From the NCBI GenBank assembly GCA_951406725.2, contig OX597815.1, positions 140,368,001 to 140,432,000 of the forward strand: DNA of 64,000 nucleotides. Reading direction: 5' to 3'. Made by a program: the position numbers and the translations under genes. This stretch comes from Octopus vulgaris (taxonomy: Eukaryota). The notes beneath the pieces are model-generated. The model did not search any database. It was not told the origin of the DNA and saw only the letters and a program-made list of their open reading frames with translations. This document shows, one piece after another, positions 1-12,965 of this stretch (the stretch's first letter is position 1; the number at the start of each line of letters is the position of its first letter).

Positions 1-96
1 GTGGTTCCATAGTGAATTTATGTCACTTTTTTTACGTATACAGAATATTTATATCTTCCTCGCTTAGTTTAGAAGTTTCTCTTGTTGCTCTGTTTG

Positions 97-111
97 ATAT
101 ATATATGTATG

Positions 112-165
<54 letters not shown>

Positions 166-189
166 TGCGTGCATGCGTGAGTATATATG

Positions 190-245
<56 letters not shown>

Positions 246-440
246 ATATATGTATATATATGTATATATGTATATATGTATATGTATATGTATCTATAAA
301 TATGTATGTATGTATATATATATATATATAGATGTATATATATATATACATACATATATATACACACATATATACATGCACATTCACACCCACACATACA
401 CACCCACACATACACACACATATGTATATATGTATACATA
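97..440. repeat. Compound (TA)n/(CA)n microsatellite tract
   Basis: Directly visible; explains the YIYI-type ORFs at 12-539. Confidence 0.95.
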
Positions 441-2132
441 TGGATTAAGAGTATTCCATTGAGAAATACTGAAGCTGTAACATTCTGGCATGAAGCTGTT
501 GCGTCAATTTATTTTCTAAAAATAGGATATCAGATGTAGTAAGTTTTCCCTTTGGGTTAGTGAATACATTTACGTGTTATACGTTTATTTCGAGTTAAGT
601 GGAAATGGAGAAGCTTGGTTTTCTTCATGTATCACAAATGATATATTGCTGTTGATTTAATAAGTTATTTGGGTTTAAAACAGAGTAAAAGGCAAATGGA
701 ATAAGATCATGTCATCTGGTTCGCTGTTTGATCCCGTTCGTTTCTATTTAAAATATTGATTACAAGTAATAAAGATGTACACGGTCATTCAACTGTATCT
801 TTACTCGTTTCGCGCTTGAGAAATAAATTTTGATATAGTTTACAGAGAAATAGATAACTTTAATAGATAATATTTGTGTTACTTTCATTATTGTCGTTGC
901 CTTTGCGGCATTTTTTGTTCTTGATTTAACACTAACCTTTATCACAGGTTCATCATGCTTAATAAACTTATACTTCTGTAACAGAGTACTAGAAATACGT
1001 TTTCAAAAGTATTTCTAGCCATTAAATTCTTTGTATCGTTATATTTCGCGGTAATATATAAATACCAAATTCTATGAATTGTGCTGTTCTATCCATCATG
1101 TCAAGTCATAAAAAAATGATCATATGCAATTTATTACATCTACCCAGTGAAAGTTTCAGATTTTCATATCTAACCATCAAAATATGTAGATTTAATTTTC
1201 ATATCTATCATCAAGTCTTCGGATCTTGTCATTGTATACAGTTATCAAAATATTCAGATCTATCCATCAAAACCTCAGATCTATCCACCGCATCTAACTG
1301 TCAATACTTTCACTTCTTATCATGATATCTCGCCACCAAAAATCCAAGATATAGTCATTAACACCTTCACATCTTGCAATAATAACGAGCAGTCTCATCT
1401 AACAAATTAACATTTTCACTTCTTGCCAGCATATCTACCCATCATATCTAGGACAGGTTATAGAGGGAATCATAAAAATGAGTATTGTTGGACGTGGCGG
1501 GGAGTAGGCAGTTGATGAATAAAAATAAGAGGTGATTGCAAAACTGAGCCCTGAGACACATTTGAATTGCTGGAGTGTAGAGTAGAGAGAAAACTCCGCC
1601 TACGCATATGTGATTGAATGGTCTGATAGGAAGCTAATAATCCATGGAATAAGAGACAGTTGGAGCTCGTAGCTTGTGGTTTCGCTAAGAGATTAGTATG
1701 CTAAATATTGTTGGAACCTATACTGGCGTCAAGGACTTTTACCAAATTTCTTTAAGGCGAGAAGATCCCACTGGTGAGCTTCACATAATTATAGAAAGAA
1801 TATATGTCAACCGACAAAGGGACACACACAGATAAGAAATATCGAGAGAATATTGAGATAGACAGAAAAAACAAGTAGTTAAGACATACTGAGGGAACAT
1901 TCACATAGACTCAGAAAACACATAAACAGATGGAGAGAAAACATGTCGACATAACTCGAGAGAACCCATATAGTCAGATAGAGATAACGTATCTAGATTG
2001 ATAGATAGATACTACTATAGAGTCGACATCATAAGCATCAATTAGAGATAGAAAATAGAAAATAACTGATTATTAGTCTTTTATGTCTAAATTGGTATTT
2101 ATAAAACCTGATATCATTTATATTGCAATCTG

Positions 2133-2292
2133 AGCTGCTAATTGAGCACAAGGGAATGTATTTTTACGATGTGTTTTATGTTATAATATTAGCAGTTAAT
2201 TGAGCACACAGAAATATAATTTTCATGATGTATTTTATATTACAACATTAGCTGTTAATTGAGTACACGGGAATATATTTTCTTGATATATT
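2133..2292. repeat. Degenerate ~58-bp tandem repeat, ~2.7 copies
   Basis: Units start agc(t/a)g(c/t)taattgag at 2133, 2191 and 2250. Confidence 0.75.
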
Positions 2293-3334
2293 CATAATTT
2301 ATTTTTCTACGAGTTGTTTCCATAAAAGAGAACTGTAATTTCCCAAACTATTTGTCACCCACCACTAACAATGTCCCATAACCGTCCCCACCACTGAATT
2401 GTTTTCTCTTGTTTCTTATCCATTTTCTAACAACGCAATTGGGCAGAGAGCCCTTATTTTCTTCAATCAATGCTGAGAAAAATAACCCCACCACCACAAA
2501 AACAAAAACTGAACGAAAATCTAATGACACTGCTGTAACAAGGCAGACCTATCAACCGCTCTATCATAGAAATTTTTTTCCACGATGTTTTTTGTTCATA
2601 TACTTTGTCCTTCTATATTCTCCTCCATCTTTGTTTCCCCATCCTCACCCTTTCTATATTGTGCATTATTCTCAGTTTATTCTCGTGCAAACAATACTTA
2701 TGATAACACTCTCACATGCGGCTTGTTCTTCCTCTTATTGTTGTATGCAAACAGCTAAGAGTTAAGTCAACTTTTAATAACACCAAGTCCTTTTATTCCA
2801 TTCATTATAGATATATCACATTCTGATTCAGATTTTTCACCTTTGTCACAATTGAGAGGATTCTTCTACTTATTTCGGCTTGCCATTCTCTTCACAATCT
2901 GTCTGCGAACTTCCTTCATTTCCTAATAATGCTATAACATAATTTCTCATATTTTTTTTCTTTCATTTTAGATCTTCTCCAGTAGACACAATAAACAAAT
3001 GCAGACACTAAAAAACAACAACAAAACAAACAAACTAAAATACTAATCTCATAGATTCCATTAATAATACTCAAAGATATCGTTTGTCTGTCTTTGTTTA
3101 TTTCATTTTCTTTTAATACTATTTTTTAATATTTCTCCAGTATTTCTACAGTAAAAATCAAGTCAATTTCCGAAATATCGCTGACTCTATCGACCATATT
3201 GAAGAGCTGTTAGATTGAGATTCTAATATTCTGGAACTGGTAAGATATGGTTATAACCCTGTAATCACATCCATCAAACATGTCATCCAATAGATTGACG
3301 TTGTAATTTGGTTTCTGAAAATACAGCATTCATT

Positions 3335-3607
3335 TCATACATACATACATACATACATACATACATACATACATACATACATTCATACATACATACATAC
3401 ATACATGCATACATGCATGCATGCATACATGCATACATGCATGCATGCATACATATATTCATGCAAACACACATACATTCATGCATTCATACATACATAC
3501 ATATATACATACATACATACATACATATACATACATACATACATACATACATAGCCACTTCGTTACTGACCAGCTTGAATTCTATACTGAAAAAATACCC
3601 CACCGAA

Positions 3608-3657
<50 letters not shown>
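3335..3657. repeat. (TACA)n plus (TA)n microsatellites
   Basis: Directly visible. Confidence 0.95.
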
Positions 3658-3661
<4 letters not shown>

Positions 3662-3781
3662 CTCTGTTTATCTATATGTGTGTCTATCTCTCACACATAA
3701 ATACACATACCGATATGAATACGAAGGCACACACACATCTCATATAACCATAAGTTCATAGCTACGTGTATGCATTAATAG

Positions 3782-4035
3782 TGGAGGTCCGTAGCTTAGT
3801 GGTTAGTGTGTTGAACTCAAGATCGTAACATTGCGGTTTCGATTCCTGGACCAGGCGACACGTAGTGCTCTTGAGTGAAACACATCATTTTACGTTGCCC
3901 CAGTCCACTCAGCTGGCAAAAATGAGTAATTCTGCAACAGTTCAGGTTCTCGTCCAGGTGAGAAATATATACGCTATGAAAACCGGGAAACCGGCCCTGT
4001 GAGTGTATATGATACGGTAAGGTGCTTTAACCTTA
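3782..4035 (+). mobile_element. tRNA-derived SINE
   Basis: A-box-like tagcttagtgg and B-box-like ggtttcgattcc in a tRNA-like head, followed by a non-tRNA body. Confidence 0.75.
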
Positions 4036-4802
4036 CATTTTAACACCAACAGGCATAGGCCTTTGAGAAGTCTGCACATATGTAGCTCATGATTCAGTGA
4101 CACCGTGCAGTATCGTCGGCGAAGTCTACTACAAAAGCACCTAATGCTTGAGAGTGAAATTAGCAGGTGATAGTTTGATTTGATGACCCACACCCGTTCT
4201 CGTGTATTAGTCTCAATCGACACCTAGTTAAATACCATCACACCTAGTTAAATACCTTGACACTTAGCATTCGGGCGAGGTCTTCGCTCTGATATATATT
4301 GGAGATTCTGAAAATATAGAATTTGAGCACTGTATATCTTCCTCCGACTTGGTCACAAATAAACACACACACACTCATTGCACACGCACACACACACTCA
4401 TTGCACACGCACACACACTTTGCACGCACATTCATAAGTGAATTCATAAATACACACATACATATAGGTACATGCATATATACATACACATGTGCATGCG
4501 TAAATAAATATATATTCATATATACGTATGTGCATATGCTTGAACATAAAAGAGGAAGAAACCATCTAAGTCGAACTTTTGAGAAATCCGAAAATATTCC
4601 ATCCAGCCTTTCACCATAGATTAAAACTTTCAACCATTGGTTCACTGGGTTATATATTTAACTACCTCGTCACTAATCTTGACAAAATGTGTCTCAAAAA
4701 AAAAAAAAAAAACTGGAATGGTGACAGCTTTTTAGAAAATTACATTTTCCAAGCTGTTAGTAAAATAATAAAACTAAGTAAAATATTCCAGAAATTTGAT
4801 AA

Positions 4803-6340
4803 CACTGGGGAGAAAAGTAAAAAATATTATTGTCTGCTACCTAGACAAATAGTGCTGTACTAAACTAAATCGAGTACGCTGATTCTGCATCTGAAGTCAG
4901 AATTGCAATAGCACGTCAAGATTTTGAGTCATGCGCGTAATTATATAATATTACTATATTAGTATCAGGGGTAGTTATGTTCAAGATAAATAATTATTAT
5001 AATAGTATATAGGTGCTGTATATAGTATATCTAAGTTCAAGGTAAATATGGTACATAGTATATTTATGTTAAGGGAATACTCACTTCATTTTTGATATAC
5101 TCAGCTCAGAAATGTTTTAGACACTTGCTCCTGCGCTTATGCATCGTGCTGGTCTCCCTTTGTAGGAACCAGTAGTAGTCACCAAGCATGCGTGGATTGA
5201 ACCGGCCTTGATAGATCGTTAGCTACTACACGCATTTTTTTCTCTCTTTGTTTCTCTCCTTGTTTTTTTTTCTGTGTATCCTTCTGTCGAAGAGCGTAGG
5301 CTCGAAACGAAAAATACATTTTCTATTCCTGAGCGCTATACCAATACATTTGTTTGTTTGTACTCCACCTGCTTCGTCTTTTGTTTATTTTCGTAAACTT
5401 TCACTTGATACTTCGTTTCCGTTTCAGATATATCCTGGTGCAACCTCTCACCATGTTCATCACTAACGGCTCCAAGATAAATCTACGCTGTTTATTAAAT
5501 CAGTATAGTTTTCAACTCTATGATTTCTAAGAAATGTCTGTACTACTAACACCAATGAATCTCATGCTGGCAGCTCAACTGGATTCAGTTTTCCTCTGAA
5601 TTTTCTATCTCGGGTCCAATGAAAATGCCTGCTTTCAAGTTTGCGTCACTTTTCTTCGCACCAAAGTTTACTTTTAGGTACCGAAAGCCAACGCCATCGT
5701 GTGTCATTGCTTTTACGAAGCTTTTCATGAGGTCGAGTTCGATGTGAAGGGGTGGAAGGAAGATTTTTTGCGGGTCTACCAGTGGCATATGCTGCACATT
5801 GTACGGACCAACTATGCGCTCATCTCTTTTAGACCAGTCGTTTATAGTGTAATGATTGCTGTCGTCGCGGCTGTTCCAAACACACAAGGACCACATATTT
5901 TTGGTATATCCCAGCTGCAGTCCTAGGTGAGTGGAAATCACCTTTAAATCACCAGAAATATTCCACTTGTGAACTGAGTAATTAACTCATTACAGAAAGA
6001 GTTCTATCGATTCATAGGTTTCTTCCATACTGACAACGCAACCCGTAGGAATGAGAAGTTTTTCATTACCATTATGTAACAACACAGCTTTGAAGCTAAC
6101 CTTACTCGAGTCTATAAACAATCTCCAGTCGTTAGCCACATGCACGTGCTCTAGTTTTTGCATAAGTACATTAACGTCAATACAGAATCAAACATTATTT
6201 TCTTGCTTGAAAAAGGCAGATAAGCCTTCATGGCGAGAACGGAAAATAGAAATAACTGTTGCTGTACTCTGGATCTCGAGACCTCTGCCTTCTCCTTTTA
6301 CAATGCTAGGTCTCTTATTAAATCGTTCAAATCTTGATCA
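4803..6340 (-). mobile_element. Degenerate DNA transposon 3' half with a Chapaev3-like transposase
   Basis: Minus-strand motifs LNDLIRDL, LGYTKNMWSLCVWNSRD, FLPPLHIELDLMKSFVKAM, GIFIGPEI, GAVSDEHGERLHQDI, MLGDYYWFL; possible CACTGG terminus at 4803. Family name from recalled motifs. Confidence 0.6.
5214..5403 (+). mobile_element. 190-bp insertion (Penelope pLTR-like unit) with 7-bp TSD CTTGATA
   Basis: CTTGATA at 5207-5213 and 5404-5410; removing the insert and one TSD copy rejoins the transposase as ...TETKYQ|GRFNPRMLGDY; contains a degenerate hammerhead-like core at 5284-5308. Confidence 0.75.
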
Positions 6341-6341
6341 G

Positions 6342-6450
<109 letters not shown>

Positions 6451-6670
6451 CACAATAGACAGACGCTAGTCATATCGGCTCCACGTAAGTTGGCCACTTT
6501 TACATGTTTAAAACTCCTTGTTGTCAAATATTTTGTTTTAATCGTTGTGCAAGTTCATTCACTAAAAAACCTGAGAATTATTCACGTAGAATTCCGCCCT
6601 TGTATGGGCGAAATTACCCAAAACTTTCAAAACTTTCGTTGGCTCCTTTTAGCCATTTTTCATTTTGAAA

Positions 6671-8645
6671 ATGGCAACTAGAAACCACGTGGCTAGCCCG
6701 CCAGTCATGCAGAACGGTAGCGAAACACTTTTGCTACCACTAGCTGCTAAACCTCGCAGCTTGAACACCGCTGTCACCACCACCACCAACAACAGCAAAA
6801 CTAACGTCGCAACACCATTCACCATCGCCACGACCGAAGACATTAACTTATATTTCCCCCACTCCCTACACCACTTGTCGATGATAAAAAGACGGAGAAA
6901 GGGATTTCAAAAATGAATACAGACGAAAACACGAATGCCAGCACCACCACCATCACCACCACCAACAACAACAACGAAATTGGCACAAAGCCGCCTACCA
7001 AAGACAACACCGCCAACACCAACACCACTACTACGACTTCAAATGCTACATCTAAGCCTTCTGCTGCTAATACCGCCAACACCAACACCACTACCACGAC
7101 TTCAACTGCCACAATTAACACTTCTACTGCCAAATTCAAAACGAATTTTGCGGACGTAACAAAACAAAAAAGAACAATTGTAAAATTCTCCACACAAGAA
7201 ATAAACCGCACAAAAGCACTCTTTACCAAAGAAGGAGACAAATTGCACCTTCACATTCCACAACACATCGTGGAAAACACACAAAAAAACCCAATAATTT
7301 ATAAAGTAATAAACAAGAAAACAAGAAGAACAGAAAATGCACCGCAGGAAAAAATCGAAAAATGCCTTCGTCCTGTATGGGACTCCAAGGAATATATCAG
7401 TTGGGGAAATAAATTTGGTACAGTCCAAGTACGTTTCCTCAACGAAAGTTTAGCAAAACGTTTTTCCACATTGGAGCTGCATTCGGACGACTTGGTAATG
7501 ATACCAATCTATTTAAACAAGAGAGTCACAAAAGTCCAAATAAAAAAATATACCGCTTGATGTCGAAACACAATGGTTAGTCTCTGCCATCTGCTTTGAA
7601 ATGACAGAGACAATGTCAGAGACAAACATCCTTGAAATCGCGGTTCTAGGAGAGAAAGACTATGTGGGCAAATCAATCGAATTCCTGCTTCAATTGGATG
7701 AAGCAACAAGAGAGAAGATACCCACCACTATAGAACTGCCAGGAAGCTACAAACTCTATGTAGTGGTAGAGGGCAGGCGACCACGCTGCTATTTGTGTGG
7801 AAGCGAAACACACCTGAAAAAGACGTGCCCAACCACAGCACACCAAGAGCAACAACAACAACCACTACCACAACCAAAGCACTCCGGAAAAAAAGCTCTA
7901 CTACCCACACCACCATCAACACAGAAGACGACAAGAGAAGCACACCAAGCTAATCCGTCATCAACCAAAAACCACTCAACACCTGAAAAAATACCAACAC
8001 CACCAACAACAGCAAGAACCAAAGGAACAGAAAAACAAAGAAAACACACAAAAACTGATCCCCCATCCCTTATACCGCACTCAACACACACAAACACTCA
8101 ACAACCAACAACAACGAAAACAACAACACAACCACTTACACAGACATGCATAGAAGCCTGCAACATACCCCTACCCCCTACTGATTCCTCAGAAATTTCG
8201 TCGGAAGATGAAACCAGTGAGGAATGGCAAATAGCCACAAAAAGAAGGAAAATAAAGAGCAGAAACACAACCAAACCAAATGCAAACACGAACATCTCCC
8301 GAAGACATTTCAAAACCCAACACAAACAACAGCCACACCAACACCACAAAAATATATACAGCAAACATGCTCACAGCTATAGACACCAAAAACACAAATT
8401 TGATGGAATACATCCAATCAAAAACAAACATAACAGAAGATGACATAAAAACAAACAATCACCCATACAGAACACCACCAGACCACATCAAAATATTACA
8501 CATCTCCAAAAGTCTGCACCACACACTCAAAGGCATTTTCCCCAGTGCGGTTGGTAAATGCCAAAAATATCTCACAAAGAGACTGTACTGGGATCTCCTC
8601 GAGGACAAACCAACGGAGGAGAAAGCAAAAACGTTCGAGCAGTAA
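6671..8645 (+). pseudogene. LINE ORF1 (gag-like, zinc knuckle), frameshifted
   Basis: Consecutive ORF pieces 6665-6916, 6913-7560, 7601-8443, 8280-8645 in shifting frames; CYLCGSETHLKKTC = CX2CX4HX4C; Thr/Asn/Pro-rich linkers. Confidence 0.8.
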
Positions 8646-8689
8646 GTAACCCTCTGTTCCTTTCACTTGTATTCTAATTCATTAGGATT

Positions 8690-11600
8690 ATGATCAAGAT
8701 TGGTTGTGTAAATGTGCGTGGCTTGGGGTCCCCTTGGAAACAAAGGTTTCCTCTTAAATGACATAAAGTCACATAAGTTAGAAATTATAGCCATAAGTGA
8801 GACCAGACTCCACAATCCGCGGGCCCTAAAGACCATGTTTGGCGGACAGTTCAACATTTATTTTTCCCCCTGTCTGCCGAGAATGGGCGGTAGTGGCACC
8901 GCGGTACTTTTTCGCAAGAGTCTGGACCTCAAAGTAAGGACAATATTCGTAGACCCGGAGGGTAGACTGGTCGTCCTGGATGTCGACGGCAGCAATGGGT
9001 GCGCTTTTCGACTCGTATCAGTCTACGCACCGCCCTTAACAGGTCGGGCGGATTTCTTTCAACGTCTAGAAGTATTCTTGGGAACGTCTCGTCCTTTACT
9101 CTTAGTGGGGGCTTGGAATGCTACCTTGGACACGCATGTAGACTACGTGGGTAGAGATAGGAATAGACGGGGATGCAAATGCCTCAGAGACCTGCTCAGA
9201 CGCTTTCAACTGTCTGACAGGTTCCGACTAGACCACCCGAATGCGCCAACGTGGACATGGAGCAACCGCATCGGGTCGTCGAGATCGTATCTAGATAGGA
9301 TACTGTGTAGGACAGTAGACAGAGATAGCATAGGATGTCCACAATTCCACATAGTCAGCTACACGGATCACAAACTTGTGACATGTACGCTAGACTTAGG
9401 TAAGACACTTAGGCAAGGTCCCGGATACTGGAAACTAAACGCGTCTTTCCCATCGAGACAGGTTTTCAGAGACCGGATTAGCACACTAGTAAAGAGGGCT
9501 TTGACGGGTTCCATCATCAACAACAAATGGTGGTTTGCCCTCAAGAGAGCAGTAAAAGCAGAAGCGATTAGGTACAGCAAAGCACTAGCCATAGATAGAA
9601 ATAGAGTTGAGGGTGAGCTAGTTAAGAAGCTAGAAGAGGCAATTAGAAGCGGCATCGCATCCGACGTTTTGGCGGCGAGGTTGGCCCTCGACCAACACTT
9701 CAACGCCAAACACGAAGGATGTGCTGTCAGAGCTAGGATGCGTGCTCTAAGGAACGAAGGTGTTGGAGCCGCGAGAGAGGCCCGGGTGGCAGAGGCGCAA
9801 CAGGGCAACAAAGCCACCATTCGGTTCCTGGTAGATGAACAGGGGCGCGAATTGCTCGAGCCAAGTAAAATGTGTGAGGCCTTTCAGCAGCATTTTGCCC
9901 GACTGTTCGGGACGAGTGGAGGGCAAGAACGTAGGGTGGACTTCAGTGCCTACCTACACAGCCTACCACGACTCTCGACAAGAAAGGCAGGGTGCTGCGA
10001 AGGTGCCATCACAGCGGCGGAAGTGCAGGAGGCGATGGCAGAATGCTCGAGGGACAAATCACCGGGTTTGGATGGTCTACCCTACGAGCTTTACAATTGT
10101 ATGCCAGACTTGTTTGGAGATCTCTTGGCGGCGGTGTACTGCAACTGGCAGCAAAACGGGAGTATTCCTGGTTTTGTGAGCCGAGGAGCCGTAACACAGC
10201 TGAAGAAAGATCTAAACAAGGGAAATGTAATAGATAACTTTAGGCCCATCACTCTGCTTAATGCAGACTTGAAAATTTTGGCCAAGGTGCTAGCCCAGAG
10301 GTTGGCGCTTGTCATCGAGAAACTGGTCGACAGGGCGCAAACATGCGCCGTGCGCTACATCATAGACAGGGTAGTTAACGAACCTGGCATGGGTGGGGCG
10401 CTGATCAATTGGGATCAATCGAAAGCTTTCGATAGGGTAGACCATCGATACTTGGAGGCGGTCCTCAGAGCGGCAGGCTTCGGTCCCGTCTTCCGCGGCT
10501 GGATAGCCGCTTTGTACAGAGGCATCCGTTCGGTAATTCGCGTGAATGGACATCTATCGAGACCCTTCGACATCGCACGTTCGGTCCGTCAGGGATGCCC
10601 CCTCTCGTCGCTTCTATACGTATTGACTCTCGAGCCATTATTGCGGAAGCTGGTAACTTTGAGGGGCATCCCGCGAGAACTGGGATGCGGGACGAGCGTG
10701 TCTGCATACGCGGACGACGTCACCGTCATAGTGTCTAGCCACGAGCACATCGAGCAGGTCGGCGAGACACTGAAAAACCACGAAGCGGTGACAGGAGCGA
10801 AAATCAACCGGGAAAAGTCAGTGGGCTTGCGACTAGGCACCTGGAGAAGCAAGCCCATGCCGTCCACCAGCGCCTCCGTCGTGGGACGCTGGACCGACGG
10901 CCCGGTTGAGTTGCTCGGGGTCTGGTTTGGTCCGGACCTCCAAGTGGAGAAGAACTGGAACGAGATAACAAGTAGGGTGGTCACTCTCGCCCGGCAATGG
11001 GCCGAGAGGAAACTGTCCCTAAATGGTCGGGCGGAGGTGGCGAACACGTACATCGCGTCCGTCATCTACTACCGCCTGACCGTCGTACCTTGTCCCGACC
11101 CTACCATCACCAAACTACAACGCATTCTCTTTCGCTTCTTGTGGAAAAGATGCGTCCCGATGGTCAGGCGATCCATTTGCTGTCAACACCCGCTAAAAGG
11201 AGGGCTGGGCATGCCGTGGTTGATGATGCGCAGACACGCGCTGAGACTGCGACATCTCTGGCTCTATGTAGACGACGGTGAACAGGTGTGGTCGCCGTTT
11301 GTGAGGCACGCTTTCCTGCAGCTCGTCTCCATGACCGAACTGCAGTCGTGGATCAAAAAGAGGCCGAGGAAGGGCGAATGGCACCGCGAGTGTCGCGTTG
11401 CTCTCAAGCAACTCTGCCGTCCCGTGTCGACCTTGAGTGACTTCAATACAACCAAAGTATTCTATAGGGGATTAGTGGAGGGGAGGTACGACGACGAGCT
11501 CGGGGCGAACCTGGACGTCGACGAGGAGTACCTGACCCGCCTATTCGGGACGACTTTCAGGCCAGGGCCCATGGATAACTTCCAGAGATCCCTGGCCTGG

Positions 11601-12092
11601 CAGTGCTACCGAGAAGCGGTACCCGTTCGGGATAAGCTCTACAGACACGGCTCGAGAAACACGGGGCCGACCTGCCCGAGATGCGGTCAGAGCGACGAAA
11701 CCGTTCTGCACGCACTCGTGCAGTGTCCAACAATTTCCGACCTGTGGGCTTATGTCGAACAACTGCTGTCACGTGTGGGACGAGTCGGTTTATCAGCTGA
11801 GTCTATCGTCAATATTGTCACGCCTCCTTCCTTCAAACGGGAAGGAAGAGCTATTTTCATCATCCTTGTGGCTATGGCGAAAGAATGTATCTGGTGGACG
11901 CGTCTGGAAGGATTGGAGACAAACACTTTCCTCTCTGGTCAATCTCTCATCAACTTCTTCAAGTACCACTTGAAAAGGAAAGTGAGAGTAGAGAGGCAAG
12001 TTTTGTCTAGCGAATGTTTTAAAAAAAGATGGGTGAATGTAGCAAGGATGGCACGTATGAATGACGAAGCCACCTTGAGCATAATCCTATGA
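8690..12092 (+). pseudogene. LINE ORF2: APE endonuclease + reverse transcriptase + C-terminal CCHC, lightly damaged
   Basis: Probable true start ATG 8690 (MIKIGCVNVRGL) with a +1 frameshift near 8744; motifs ISET, VYAP, SYLDRI, TDH, SPGLDG, RPITLLN, KAFDRVDH, RQGCPLS, YADD, CPRC..ETVLHALVQC. Confidence 0.92.
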
Positions 12093-12555
12093 ACCCAGAA
12101 ATTGAAAACAGAGGGTTACCCACTTGCAAACAAATGTGGTAACATATAACAATACTGACCAAGGTTACCGTGGTCTTTTTCGTAGGTTTTTCTTCCCACG
12201 GATAAACCTTACTTGCTTTCCCCTTTACACCATATATCATAACAGTGTGATACACGATCCCTATTGATCGTTCTTTTTTTTCCTCTTCCCCTTTTTTCCC
12301 CTTTTTTCTTCTTTTTCCATTTCTCTTTCCTTTTGTTCCTTTTCCTTTTCTTTTTTTTCATTTTATTCTTTTTATTTTATTCAATTTTGTTTTTGTTTTT
12401 GTTCTTTTCTTCCCTTTTACGATCCCTCTTGATCGAAAACCTACGCCACCCCTTTTTTTTTCTTTTGTTTTTTGTTCTCTTCATCCCCCAAAAGAAAAGC
12501 TCTACCTTGTAACTTGTCCCATCTGTGTGCAGCCCTGTGTGGCCAATAAAGAAAC

Positions 12556-12556
<1 letters not shown>

Positions 12557-12627
<71 letters not shown>
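12557..12627. repeat. (TATC)n microsatellite, right flank of Tx1 LINE
   Basis: Perfect tract, same orientation as the left flank. Confidence 0.97.
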
Positions 12628-12677
12628 ATGATATGATATATATATATGATATATATATATATATGTATATATAATGT

Positions 12678-12965
12678 GAAGGCGCAATGGCCCAGTGGTT
12701 AGGGCAGCGGACTCGCGGTCGTAGGATTGCGGTTTCGATTTCCAGACCGGGCGTTGTGTGAGTTTATTGAGCGAAAACACCTAAAAGCTCCACGAGGCTC
12801 CAGCTGTACTCTTTCACCACTCTTTCTCTCACTCTTTCTTCTGTTGGCCTGCTCGCTTAGCCAGCGGGGTGGCGTCATTCGAAGGCTAAAACAATGCGAA
12901 CACATTGTGACCAGCGATGTGTAACAACATCTGATAGCCTGGTCGGTCACGGTGATCACGGTGAT
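12678..12965 (+). mobile_element. tRNA-derived SINE (resembles octopus OR-type)
   Basis: Head tggcccagtgg...ggtttcgatttcc; ends in duplicated cacggtgat; flanked by TA-rich tracts. Confidence 0.8.

Larger units (their letters stand above)
6451..12556 (+). mobile_element. Near full-length Tx1-clade (L1 group) non-LTR retrotransposon
   Basis: 5'UTR, ORF1 with CCHC knuckle, ORF2 with APE-RT-CCHC, T-rich 3'UTR ending AATAAAGAAACT; (TATC)n on both sides. Confidence 0.92.

Noticed and set aside
12-539. Many 60-150 aa ORFs such as [18 protein letters not shown], here and throughout the window
   Set aside because: They are translations of microsatellites, not genes
1085-1450. Recurrent atcta(n)catcaa motif
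   Set aside because: Irregular decayed minisatellite with no definable unit or structure
2133-2292. Regularly spaced repeats as a possible CRISPR-like array
   Set aside because: Whole units are similar with no unique spacers; eukaryotic context; ordinary minisatellite
9368-11999. Overlapping antisense and alternate-frame ORFs within LINE ORF2
   Set aside because: Expected shadows of a GC-rich coding region; no motifs
12678-12755. tRNA gene calls at SINE heads (also 3782, 38480, 49858)
   Set aside because: Cloverleafs are imperfect and continue into repeat bodies; these are SINEs
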